Positions 9,540 through 18,932 are shown, numbered from the stretch's first letter. The stretch is DNA of 19,356 nucleotides from Tolypothrix carrinoi HA7290-LM1 (GCA_019358935.1 JAHHIK010000136.1:1-19356), one strand, 5' to 3'. Translations and numbers: made by a program. Notes: generated from the letters alone by a model not told the origin.

Positions 9540-11219
9540 TTACACCTTGCTGAGATATTGATGGATGAACTGAACGGCGATCGCACCCTCGCCCACCCCG
9601 GAAGCGACTCGCTTTACCGACCCATAACGCACATCTCCAGCGACGAAGATGCCGGGTACACTCGTCTCAAGTAAAAAGGGATCACGATCCAGCGTCCAGC
9701 CTCGCGGGCAACGGCGTTCACGCATAAAGTCAGGTCCAGACAGGATAAACCCTTGTTTATCTCGCTCCACAACACCATCCAACCAATCGGTACGCGGCAG
9801 CGCACCGATTAAGATGAACAGCGAAGTTGCAGGAACAGTTTGCTTATCGCCAGTGACGATATTAGCGATCGCGATCGCCTCCAGGCTGGTCTCACCTTTG
9901 GCTTCGACGACACTGGAATGCACCCTTACTATGATGTTGTCTGTCGCCGAAATCTGCTCAATCAGGTACTGTGACATACTTTTAGCGAGGGAGTCGCCGC
10001 GCACCAGAATGGTTACTTTGCGGGCGTACTTAGAAAAGTACATCGCCGCCTGTCCAGCCGAGTTCGCCCCACCGACGATATAGACCTCTTCACCGCTACA
10101 GGCGATCGCTTCGGTCTGCGCTGCACCGTAGTACACGCCAGCCCCAGTCAGCCGCTCGATGCCGGGCATGTTGAGCTTCCGCCACGCCACGCCGGTCGCA
10201 ATCATCAGCGCGTGACAGCTGATCTCGCTCCTATCCGCCAGCTTGACAATCCGATACGGATCCTCCACGCGAACACCAGTCACCTCCTGAGGTGTGAGGA
10301 TCTCCACGCCAAACCGTCTAGCCTGAGCAACAGCGCGCCTAGCCAAGTCCCCTCCACTAAGTCCAACTGGAAAGCCCAGGTAGTTTTCGATGCGGGAACT
10401 CGACCCCGCCTGCCCCCCTGGAGCCTCTCGTTCAATCATCACCGTGCTTAACCCTTCAGATGCCCCATAGACCGCTGCTGCCAGACCAGCTGGACCAGCG
10501 CCCACGATGACCAAGTCGTAGAACGGTCGTTCAGCCTGCGTCCTCAGCCCAATTTTCTCAGCAATTTGGACGTTCGTCGGCTGTATGAGAGGCGAACCGT
10601 CAGGAAAGAGTACAAGCGGTAGGTGTTGCGTATTATCAGACTCGGCGTATGTAACTAGGCGGTGCGCCTCTTCATCCATCTCGATGTCCAACCACTGATA
10701 GGGCACCTGATTGCGACCCAAGAAGTCTTTAACTTGATGGGACTGAGGCGACCAGCGATGGCCAATGACGCGAATCCCTGCAAACGGGGGACGGAACGAT
10801 GAAAGCCAGTCATCGAGCAAATCATTCAGAACGGGGTACAAGCGTTCTTCGGGCGGATCCCATGGCTTCAACAGGTAGTAGTCAATCTTCACGGTGTTGA
10901 TAGCACGGATAGCAGCATCGGTGTCCGCATACGCCGTCAGCAAGGCTCGTTTAGCCTCGGGGAAGAGTTCCATTGCTTCTTCAAGAAACTCCATGCCACT
11001 CATCTGGGGCATCCGCTGGTCTACCAACAACAGCGCCACTGGCAGGTTGCGCAGTTTCAGCTTTTGTAGCACCTCCAAGGCTGTTGCACCTGAGTCCGCT
11101 CGCAGTACCCGGAAGCGCTTGCCGTACTCGGTTCGGAGGTCACGCTCTACTGACCGCAGGACTTCGGGGTCGTCGTCTACCGTAAGCAGTGCAGGCTTAG
11201 CTAGTACAGGGTTAGCCAC
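9540..11219 (-). CDS. Fused response-regulator receiver / glutaredoxin-like / thioredoxin-reductase-like FAD oxidoreductase
   Basis: Receiver VDDD, D67 (LVDQRMP), T95, K118. FAD motif GAGPAG, IENYLGFP, ATG, GGANSA, TSVPGIFVAGDV, ASGVGEG. GTG start with AAGGAG RBS. Confidence 0.92.
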   Translation of the reverse strand: MANPVLAKPALLTVDDDPEVLRSVERDLRTEYGKRFRVLRADSGATALEVLQKLKLRNLPVALLLVDQRMPQMSGMEFLEEAMELFPEAKRALLTAYADTDAAIRAINTVKIDYYLLKPWDPPEERLYPVLNDLLDDWLSSFRPPFAGIRVIGHRWSPQSHQVKDFLGRNQVPYQWLDIEMDEEAHRLVTYAESDNTQHLPLVLFPDGSPLIQPTNVQIAEKIGLRTQAERPFYDLVIVGAGPAGLAAAVYGASEGLSTVMIEREAPGGQAGSSSRIENYLGFPVGLSGGDLARRAVAQARRFGVEILTPQEVTGVRVEDPYRIVKLADRSEISCHALMIATGVAWRKLNMPGIERLTGAGVYYGAAQTEAIACSGEEVYIVGGANSAGQAAMYFSKYARKVTILVRGDSLAKSMSQYLIEQISATDNIIVRVHSSVVEAKGETSLEAIAIANIVTGDKQTVPATSLFILIGALPRTDWLDGVVERDKQGFILSGPDFMRERRCPRGWTLDRDPFLLETSVPGIFVAGDVRYGSVKRVASGVGEGAIAVQFIHQYLSKV

Positions 11220-11224
11220 AATCG

Positions 11225-11230
11225 CTCCTT
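11225..11230 (-). promoter_or_regulatory. Ribosome-binding site of the receiver-oxidoreductase gene
   Basis: AAGGAG 5 nt upstream of the GTG at 11219. Confidence 0.7.
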
Positions 11231-11251
11231 AAAAATTTTTTGCAATAGAAC

Positions 11252-13426
11252 CTATACACTTGCTATCTCGACACTCTCATACTTATCCAACACGGTGACG
11301 CCCTCGCAGAATGCACTCATCTTGAGGAAATGCAACACATGCTCAGGTGCACCAACTACATAGATTTCAACATCGGCACCCAGCTTTTGCTTAGTGAAAA
11401 TAAGGGCCCGCAGACCAGCACTGGTTATACATTCCAGGTTTTGTAGCAACAAGACGAGGCGTTTGATTGGCTTTTGCGTTGCTTTCTGCAACTCTTCTTG
11501 AAGCAGTTGTACAGCACTTGCATCCAATAAGCCAGTTAAGGATATCTTGGCAGTACCTTCAATTACATCTAGCAAAGTTGCGTTAAAAAATATCTGAGTG
11601 GGAAGAAGCCTCACTCTAACTTTCAGTTCGTCTTGAGTAGATGGCAGTTTGACAGTCAGGCTTTCGGCATTAAAATCCGAATACAGTTGCCCATTAATCC
11701 ATACTTCGCCAATGCGCACGCTGCCAGGTGGAAGAATATCTGGCCCAACCCGCAGGATGTTGTCCTTAAAGCCTCCAGGCTTCGGTTTAAAGTACAGATC
11801 CATCGGCTGTTTAGTAATCAGTAGGTTCGTATAGACACAAGCCAAGTAGGCCAGCTCGAACGAGTGGTAACCGCTCATCGCGTGGCTGCCCTTGCCTCGC
11901 TCAGTTCTTCCCAGTAGGTAGGGAAGTCCATTGGCAAAAACATTGAAGTAGATACCTCCAACTTCGGTATCAAGGAAGTAAGAGTTATAAAAAGCTGCCG
12001 ATTCACGGGCCAACCTTTGATACTCAGGGTTCCCAAGTGAGCCAGCCAGGATCAGGTAGGCTAAGATAGCCTGTTCCTGCTGCCACCAAGCCTTGCGGTT
12101 ATGCCATACAAAGCGGTGTACCTCTTCCCCTGGTTCTAGTATGCGTTCCACGACGTCGTACCACCCGCCACGCTGTTGGTCGCTACCAACAGCAGGCATA
12201 ATTCTTGCAATCTTTTCGGCCAGGGCTGCGTACTTTTCTTTTGGTTTCAGGTGGTGCATACGCATGAGGTTCCAAGCAATTTTGAGGTTGTGGCCCACAA
12301 CTGCTCGGTTCTGCTGCCATCCCCAAGTCTTGTCGTGGCTCCAATCCTCATAAAAACGTTCCTGAACAAACGGGCTATGCTCGTAATCCGGGAAATGCTT
12401 TTCAATTGTGTCAAACGTGTACTCAAGCAAATCGGCGTATTCGTCCTTACCTGTCGCCAGCCAGAGATTGATTAGATAAGCTGGGGCATGGTCTCCTACC
12501 GAGTTCCAGTTCTTTTTCGCGCGGTTATGGTTCAAAGACTGGCAGTGGGGGCTGAGGGTAATCGGATCAATGTGTGAGAAAAACCCCCCTTTGTCCGTTT
12601 TGTCCAGGAAATATTTGTTAAACAGATTGATGGTCAACTCAATGTCATTCGTAATGCGTGGATCGCCCGTTACCCGGCAAGTCTGGGTAAGGCCAGCCAG
12701 TGCATAAATCTGCTCATAAGCTGGGATAGCATCATAATCATCCCCAAATTCTGAGGAAAATATTTTCTGCTCGCTGCCATCTGGCTGAACGTCAACTGCA
12801 TGATACCAATAGCAAATTCCTTCGCCCTCATCGAGAAAACGCATGTGTTCACGCAGGTATTCAGTCCCTTTTTCGGCTGCCTCTAGGTAACGGTCTTCCC
12901 CAGTCATCAGGTAGGCTGTGGCAAAACCGTAAACCAGACGCGAAATGGTGTCGGTTTCCTGACGATTAGTTCCTCGCTTTGTACCAACCCAGCCTAGCTC
13001 AGTGCGATATTTTCGATAATCAATTTCGCCATCACCGAATTGCGCTTTTAGATAAAAATTGGCAAGACTTTGTATCTGGTTGACCCACCAATTTTGTTTT
13101 TCAAAAACATACTCACTTTCTGTTCTGCCCAGAAAGACTATATGTTTGCCTTCAAACTTGTACTGACCCGCCTCAAGATAGAAAATGCCATACACGAAGA
13201 GATACCGACTTGTCCCAAGCATTGATCCAATTTGGCTAGTACAATCGTAGTAAGGCTCTCCAAGATTGCGCACCAGTTCAGCAGAGGTCATTGAGGTTAA
13301 TGCTACCTCAATTTTCCTGCCATCTGACGTGTTGAGGCCGAAAGTACCAAAAGCTCCCTTTTGTGAGTCAAAATCACTAATATAACCAGCGATCGAATCT
13401 GAAAACGAAAAGCCCATGTTACTCAT
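11252..13426 (-). CDS. AGE (N-acylglucosamine 2-epimerase/cellobiose epimerase-like) family protein with C-terminal STAS domain
   Basis: SRLVYGFATAY, YEQIYALAG, WNSVGDH, VGHNLKIAW, AWWQQEQA, GYHSFEL fit the AGE alpha6/alpha6 barrel pattern. Last 115 aa (11252-11599) contain LTGLLDAS..LECITSAGLRAL (STAS). RBS AGAGGA upstream. Confidence 0.85.
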   Translation of the reverse strand: MSNMGFSFSDSIAGYISDFDSQKGAFGTFGLNTSDGRKIEVALTSMTSAELVRNLGEPYYDCTSQIGSMLGTSRYLFVYGIFYLEAGQYKFEGKHIVFLGRTESEYVFEKQNWWVNQIQSLANFYLKAQFGDGEIDYRKYRTELGWVGTKRGTNRQETDTISRLVYGFATAYLMTGEDRYLEAAEKGTEYLREHMRFLDEGEGICYWYHAVDVQPDGSEQKIFSSEFGDDYDAIPAYEQIYALAGLTQTCRVTGDPRITNDIELTINLFNKYFLDKTDKGGFFSHIDPITLSPHCQSLNHNRAKKNWNSVGDHAPAYLINLWLATGKDEYADLLEYTFDTIEKHFPDYEHSPFVQERFYEDWSHDKTWGWQQNRAVVGHNLKIAWNLMRMHHLKPKEKYAALAEKIARIMPAVGSDQQRGGWYDVVERILEPGEEVHRFVWHNRKAWWQQEQAILAYLILAGSLGNPEYQRLARESAAFYNSYFLDTEVGGIYFNVFANGLPYLLGRTERGKGSHAMSGYHSFELAYLACVYTNLLITKQPMDLYFKPKPGGFKDNILRVGPDILPPGSVRIGEVWINGQLYSDFNAESLTVKLPSTQDELKVRVRLLPTQIFFNATLLDVIEGTAKISLTGLLDASAVQLLQEELQKATQKPIKRLVLLLQNLECITSAGLRALIFTKQKLGADVEIYVVGAPEHVLHFLKMSAFCEGVTVLDKYESVEIASV

Positions 13427-13464
13427 CGAATTTCCTCTATTCGTGTAAATTAGTTACCTGGAAA

Positions 13465-15615
13465 CTATTTGGAAATTAGAACGACAACGCTATAGCCTTT
13501 AACAAGACAGACATCATCTGAAACCATAATCTCTTGACCCGGTTCCACAATATCCATGGGGGAAGACTCAGCAGTGTCTACAACTTTGTACCATTCCCTA
13601 TCCTGAAGAAAGGGAAGTTCAAAGTGGAGATCCTCCCAGTACATATTGAGCATGACGTGAATATCTACTGATCCTTCAAAGCCCCCTACAGTAAATGCAA
13701 GAACTCTGGCCTGAGGGTCGTCCCAACCCGGGTTAAATAATTTACAACCATGCCAAGAGATGTCTGCTAGACCGCGCTCATTCACTTCGCCGCTGAAGAA
13801 ATGGCGGCGACGTAAGGCAGCATGACAATAGGACTTGCGGAAATTGAACATTAGCTTGAAGAACCTGAATATATCCGAGTTCTTCTCCACAAGATTCCAG
13901 TCAAACCAACTAATCTCGTTATCCTGGCAGTAAGCATTATTGTTGCCCTTTTGGGTGCGTCTGACTTCATCACCAGCCAGAATCATTGGTACGCCCAGGG
14001 ACAGCAAGAGAATGGCTGCGAAATTTTTAATTTGTCGCCGACGCAATGCATCGATTTCTGGATCTTCAGTCTCTCCTTCAACGCCACAATTCCAGCTCAA
14101 ATTGTCATTGATGCCATCCCGATTGTCTTCACCATTGGCTTCATTGTACTTGTCGTTGTACGAGACCAAATCATTGAGGGTGAACCCATCATGACAAGTG
14201 ATGAAATTGATACTGTTGATCGGTAAATGACCGCTGCTTTGGTAAAGATCGGCACTTCCGGCAAGGCGCCAGGCGACTGCGCCGACCAGTCCTGGATCTC
14301 CTTTGACAAAGCGCCGGATGTTGTCTCGGAAGTGTCCGTTCCATTCTGCGTAACGATATCCAGGGAATTTGCCAACCTGATAGAGTCCGCCGGCATCCCA
14401 AGCCTCAGTAATGATTTTGGTCTCAGCTAGGACTTCGGATGTTTCAATATGCCAAAGTACCGGTGACTGCTCTGTTGGTAATCCGTCCTGCCCACGGGCT
14501 AGGATAGAACCTTCATCAAACCGGAAGCCATCAACGTGCATCTCTCTCACCCAAAATTTCAGACAATCCACAATCAACTTATTCACCATAGGGTGGTTGC
14601 AGTTGAGGGTATTCCCACACCCGGAGTAGTCCATGTAGTACTGACTGTCGTGGGATACGAGGTGATAGTAGACGCTATTATCAAGGCCTTTGAAGTTAAT
14701 GGTTGGACCCTGATGGTTGCCTTCGTTGGTGTGGTTAAAGACCACATCCAGGATGACCTCAATCCCAGCTTTATGTAATGCCTTGACCATATTCCGAAAC
14801 TCCCTAATGGGGCTTCTTTCAGTAGGAGAAGCACAATACGAGGTTTCAGGAGCAAAGAAGCTGAGCGGGTTGTATCCCCAGTAGTCTTTCAGTAGTTTGC
14901 CGTTAACTTCTCGGATAAAGTCCTTTTCATCAAAGTCAAATATCGGCAGGAGTTCAACAGCTGTTATTCCTAACTCTTTCAGGTAAGGGATCTTCTCGAT
15001 GATTCCATAAAAGGTACCGGGGTGTTTACAGCCTGAGGAAGGTGACTTAGTAAATCCGCCAACATGCACCTCATAAATGATGGTTTCACTCATTGGTCGG
15101 TTGAGGGGACAGTCACCTTCCCAGTCATAATCTGAGATATCGATGACTACACTGCGCATAGAGGTCGTCAGGTTGTCTTTTGGTCCCAAAGCATCGATGC
15201 GGTTCCAAAGGGCATTGCTATTGCTCTTAGCGTAGGGATCAATCAGTACCTTGTTTTTGTTGAAGCGGTATCCTGCCCCGTGTAAATCCTGAGGACCATC
15301 AACTCGATAGGCATAGGCAGCGCCGGGTTTCAATCCTCTGACATAGACATGCCAGAAGTGGAATGTTTTATTTATTTTTGGATTGAATTTAATAATCTGT
15401 ATAGGTTCTGGGTCATCATGCTTATCAAACAACAACAATTCGACAGATGTGGCATGCTCTGAAAAGATTGAGAAGTTTACTCCGTCTTTGTCCGGAGTCG
15501 AACCCAAAGGATGTGTACTTCCCGGTTCTACTTGGTACGTAGTTTTAGCTAATTCCGTCTGATATTTAGGTGTTGTTGCAGTCATTTTGCCATTCTTCTC
15601 ACTATAGAGTGTCAA
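13465..15615 (-). CDS. glgX: Glycogen debranching enzyme / isoamylase (GH13 with N-terminal CBM48-like domain); true start may be the ATG at 15585
   Basis: GVNFSIFSEHA, YAYRVDG, IIYEVHVGGFT, YWGYNP, DVVFNHT, DGFRFD (nucleophile), EAWD (acid/base), HDGFTL.D, GNNNAYCQDNEISW. Catalytic triad intact. Confidence 0.93.
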   Translation of the reverse strand: MTLYSEKNGKMTATTPKYQTELAKTTYQVEPGSTHPLGSTPDKDGVNFSIFSEHATSVELLLFDKHDDPEPIQIIKFNPKINKTFHFWHVYVRGLKPGAAYAYRVDGPQDLHGAGYRFNKNKVLIDPYAKSNSNALWNRIDALGPKDNLTTSMRSVVIDISDYDWEGDCPLNRPMSETIIYEVHVGGFTKSPSSGCKHPGTFYGIIEKIPYLKELGITAVELLPIFDFDEKDFIREVNGKLLKDYWGYNPLSFFAPETSYCASPTERSPIREFRNMVKALHKAGIEVILDVVFNHTNEGNHQGPTINFKGLDNSVYYHLVSHDSQYYMDYSGCGNTLNCNHPMVNKLIVDCLKFWVREMHVDGFRFDEGSILARGQDGLPTEQSPVLWHIETSEVLAETKIITEAWDAGGLYQVGKFPGYRYAEWNGHFRDNIRRFVKGDPGLVGAVAWRLAGSADLYQSSGHLPINSINFITCHDGFTLNDLVSYNDKYNEANGEDNRDGINDNLSWNCGVEGETEDPEIDALRRRQIKNFAAILLLSLGVPMILAGDEVRRTQKGNNNAYCQDNEISWFDWNLVEKNSDIFRFFKLMFNFRKSYCHAALRRRHFFSGEVNERGLADISWHGCKLFNPGWDDPQARVLAFTVGGFEGSVDIHVMLNMYWEDLHFELPFLQDREWYKVVDTAESSPMDIVEPGQEIMVSDDVCLVKGYSVVVLISK

Positions 15616-16270
15616 TTAGTCATTTACCTCAATTCCGCAGCTAATTTCTTCCTTGATACGTAGGCAATTGCAGGGAATCTTATCCGATAGAATTGCACTG
15701 ACCATCATGCCCGTATGAATTTCCAGTTGAGCGATCAGCAACGCTTCAAACAAGAGATGTTGTCCTGGGAAAATAACTCGCTCAAAGTACCAATTTGGAA
15801 TATTCGCGATCCGAATCACCTGAATAAGGTTAGTAGCATTAACTTAGCTACAAAGAAGTTTACCGGAATGTTCAGAAGGCAGAGGATCAAGAATTTGAGC
15901 CATAATTGCAGGACTTATGCTAAATCATACTGCTAATTAGCAACCTTATATTTCGGGCGTTAACCCTGTTTTTGAACTGAACCCAAGGACTCGGCCTTTC
16001 ACTTTACTCGTGTAATCGTGAAGGTCAGATAAACAAGGATGGCCTGTTCATACTGCCAGAAGGTTTTAGTGTTGAACCAAGGAAAATCCAGACACATCTT
16101 TGTGCAAAAATGTAAGATGCTCTCCTCCGTTTTTATCGCTTACTCAGGGAACCTTGTTGTACCTCTATTGAGACTGGACTTACACTAGGAAGGTAATTGA
16201 CTTTTGGCTGACTATTAGAGCTATATGCACTCTTAAGTACAACTTATACATAATAAGTCCTCTTGGTTGA

Positions 16271-16285
16271 TTTTCGGATAAGTCT
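16271..16285 (+). mobile_element. Orphan ISL2-like right terminal repeat
   Basis: TTTTCGGATAAGTCT+ATT matches the ends at 6873-6887 (TTTTCGGACGAGTCT+ATT) and 2141-2156. Confidence 0.5.
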
Positions 16286-16392
16286 ATTAATGATTAAGTT
16301 TAAGGAGCGCTAAGCCTGCTCGCAAGGGTAAATATTTTGAAACTAGTTTGTATTCTTTCGGTCGTGCTTGGTGCCGAGCTAGTCGGTTGTAT

Positions 16393-16517
16393 ATTGCAGT
16401 GATTTCATTAGATTTTTCGTTGACTTTAACTTGTCCTAGTACTAATCTTTGAGATGTTATCCATGCACTAACCATATGGATAGCACCTTTATCATTCTTC
16501 GTATCGAAAGAATGACG
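16393..16517 (-). pseudogene. ISAs1-family transposase internal fragment
   Basis: RHSFD...GAIHMVSAW..SQRLVLGQVKVNEKSNEITAI is the ISAs1 signature; interrupted by the IS66 end. Confidence 0.8.
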
Positions 16518-17874
16518 GTAACCGTTCAGGAGGGGGTAGGAGAGCGATCGCAAACAATGGTGATCAAAATCTGATAAATTAAGTGACATGGAACACAAGC
16601 GCGTCAATCATCTTGAGCAGATACCCCCTGATGATTGGGGAAAAACTCCAACCAGTGTCAAGAAACTGGTGGAAGAGATGGCGCAGCAAATAGAACAACA
16701 GGAAAAGAAACTAGCGGAAGTCCTGACAGTTCAAGAACAGCTATTAGAAAAAGTTAATCAGACATCAAAAAACTCATCATTACCCCCCTCCGTTGACCCA
16801 CCTGGGTTGGAAAAAAAGCTGCCGACTAAGCGCAAAAGCAGTAAAAAGCGAGGGGGCCAACCAGGTCATAAAGGTCATAGTCGGGACTTATACCCAATAA
16901 AAGAATGTAGCCAAGTCATAGACCATCATCCACAAGAATGCGCTAGTTGTGGAGAAACCCTCAGTGGAAAAGATACAAACCCCTATCGGCATCAGATAGT
17001 AGAAATTCCACCAATCAGTCCCATAGTCATCGAGCATCGTTTGCATCAATTAACTTGTACTGTGTGTGGCGCGACGACTCGTGCAAAGTTCCTGAAGACG
17101 TGAACCAAAGTGGCTACGGGGTAAGAGTGGTAGCTCTGGTTGCATTGCTAAGTGGAGTGTACCGCAATAGTCATAGGATGGTGCAAAGTGCCATGCTAGA
17201 AGTATTTGGAATCTCAATATTTTTGGGAATCGTAAACAAACTCCGACTTTAAGCCAGCGATGCAGTTGCAACCTGTGTGGATGAAGCAAAACAATACATC
17301 CAAAGCTCAAACGTTGTAGGAGCAGATGAAACGAGCTTTAATCAAGCTAATCTCAACGGTTGCAATCCCCAACAGAGAAAGGCTTGGCTATGGGTTGCAG
17401 TTACACCTTTAGTAACATTTTTTGAGATTGCCCTTAGCCGTTGCACCCAAGCGGCTCAGAATTTATTGGGTGAAAACTTTGGTGGGGTTTTAAACTCTGA
17501 CCGTCATGGTGCATACAATTGGGTAGACCTAGAACGTCGGCAATTGTGTTGGGCGCATCTCCGACGTGAATTTATCAAAATCTCGGAGCGTCCTGGAGTT
17601 TCGGCACAATTAGGAACTGCACTGGTTAAACAGCAGGAAAAGTTATTTGAACTCTGGCATCGAGTTAGAGATGGCACATTATCTCGTTGTGATTTTGGTG
17701 AGTTGGTTCCAGAAATTCGCTCATCAATCAAAGCAACTTTACAAGAAGCTGAGAACTATTCCATTGGTACACGGGAAAAAACACCCCTGGCAAAAACGGT
17801 TCGCACCTGTCGTCAACTACTCAAAGTTGAGCCGGCGATGTGGTTGTTCGTGACTACTGTTGGTGTTGAGCCGA

Positions 17875-18858
17875 GAACCTATCCCACTAATAAAATTCTT
17901 TGAATCCAGATATGGATAGTAGCAAGGTCGATGAATGCATCAAAATATACTTTGCGTCGCTCCCAGCGAACAGCCAAACGACGATATTTACGTAAAGCTC
18001 GCCGGGGGGAGTATCCCCCCGGCGAGCTTTACGTTGATACCAGGCAAAACAACGCTCTTGTTGAAATCTAGGAACCGAGATTTTGATCGGTCAAACGAGT
18101 GTTTTTCTTAGTTTTCCAAACTCGTTTTGGTATTTGGGGTCGAATCCCTCGTTTGCGTAGGCTCGCACGTTGTTGTTTCGAGTCATACCCTTTAGACCTC
18201 AGCCAACACCTTGAGTCGTTTACGTGCAAAAAGCCGCGCTTCAAAGTTTTTAATTTTACTTTATCTAGTAAAGGTAATACCTGTTCTCTCTCGTTACCGT
18301 TGGCTGGAGTTGTGGAGTTAGCCAGGGGCATTCCATTACCTTCAGTAAGGGTGTGAATAAGAATACCTTTCCCTTTGCCTCCATATGCACGCCAGGTGCT
18401 ACAACGGGGGGAAAATACGCAACGCACTGGCTCAACTTCTTCACCTCCTCCCTTCCCAGGGGGAAAAAGACCCGTCAACCGCGCCAAAGTCCCAATTTAT
18501 TAGTTTTTTCTCCGAAGCGATCGCTAATACACGCGCCTGTAAATGTTCAAATCTTCCATCGTCGCGCCACCGTTTTAACCATCGGTGGGACGAGCTTTTT
18601 GATGCCCATGTATTGCCCCGTGGTAGGTCACACCATCGACACCCAGTAATCAGAATGTACAGCAGACTATTTAATACATAGCGATATGGTGCATGAGGCA
18701 TTCCTTTACCACGCTTGGATGGCTCCTGGGGAAATATATCCGATAAACTTCTTCCATTCTAGGTCGCTCAATCCTTCAAAACGTCCAGCCATCAACTGAT
18801 ACACCTAACAAAGAGTGATAACTAGATTACCAGATTTGGGCATTAGTGGGATAGGTTC
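17875..18858 (-). mobile_element. IS5-family element with perfect 17-bp IRs and 2-bp TSD; transposase (17879-18792) frameshifted
   Basis: IRs GAACCTATCCCACTAAT (17875-17891) / ATTAGTGGGATAGGTTC (18842-18858); GA duplicated. MAGRFEGLSDLEWK, LLYILITGCRWCDLP, AVDGSFSP, KGYDS, ERCFAWYQRKYRRL. Confidence 0.92.
17990..18034. repeat. Perfect 21-bp-arm palindromic insertion
   Basis: ACGTAAAGCTCGCCGGGGGGA-GTA-TCCCCCCGGCGAGCTTTACGT. Confidence 0.9.
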
Positions 18859-18932
18859 GACTAACAATGCTGCTGAAAGGGCTATTCGTCCCGCAGTTAT
18901 CTGGCGACGTACTAGTTTTGGTTCTCAAACTG

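Larger units (their letters stand above)
16518..18932 (+). mobile_element. IS66-family element; transposase pseudogene (from 16588) split by an IS5 insertion and truncated by IS4
   Basis: End GTAACCGTTCAGG at 16518. SKNSSLPPS.D, GGQPGHKGH, CASCG..RHQIVEIP..HQLTCTVCG, ADET, SDRHGAY, QLCWAHLRR, EP|TNNAAERAIRPAVIWRRTSFGSQT. Frameshift ~17090 and stop at 17250-17252. Confidence 0.9.

Noticed and set aside
9540..11219. Assigning the symbol trxB
   Set aside because: The catalytic CxxC is absent and extra domains are present, so orthology to true TrxB is unsupported.
4805..14855. Many antisense or alternate-frame ORFs (e.g. 4805-5215, 9649-10083, 10894-11232, 12176-12475, 14097-14396)
   Set aside because: Shadow ORFs of well-supported genes with no independent motifs.
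15616..15819. 67-aa minus-strand ORF abutting the glgX start
   Set aside because: No recognisable motif, atypical start codon, and an overlapping opposite-strand ORF of similar size; probably spurious.
16238..16250. GTA...TAC resembling an NtcA box upstream of glgX
   Set aside because: The spacer is 7 nt rather than the canonical 8.
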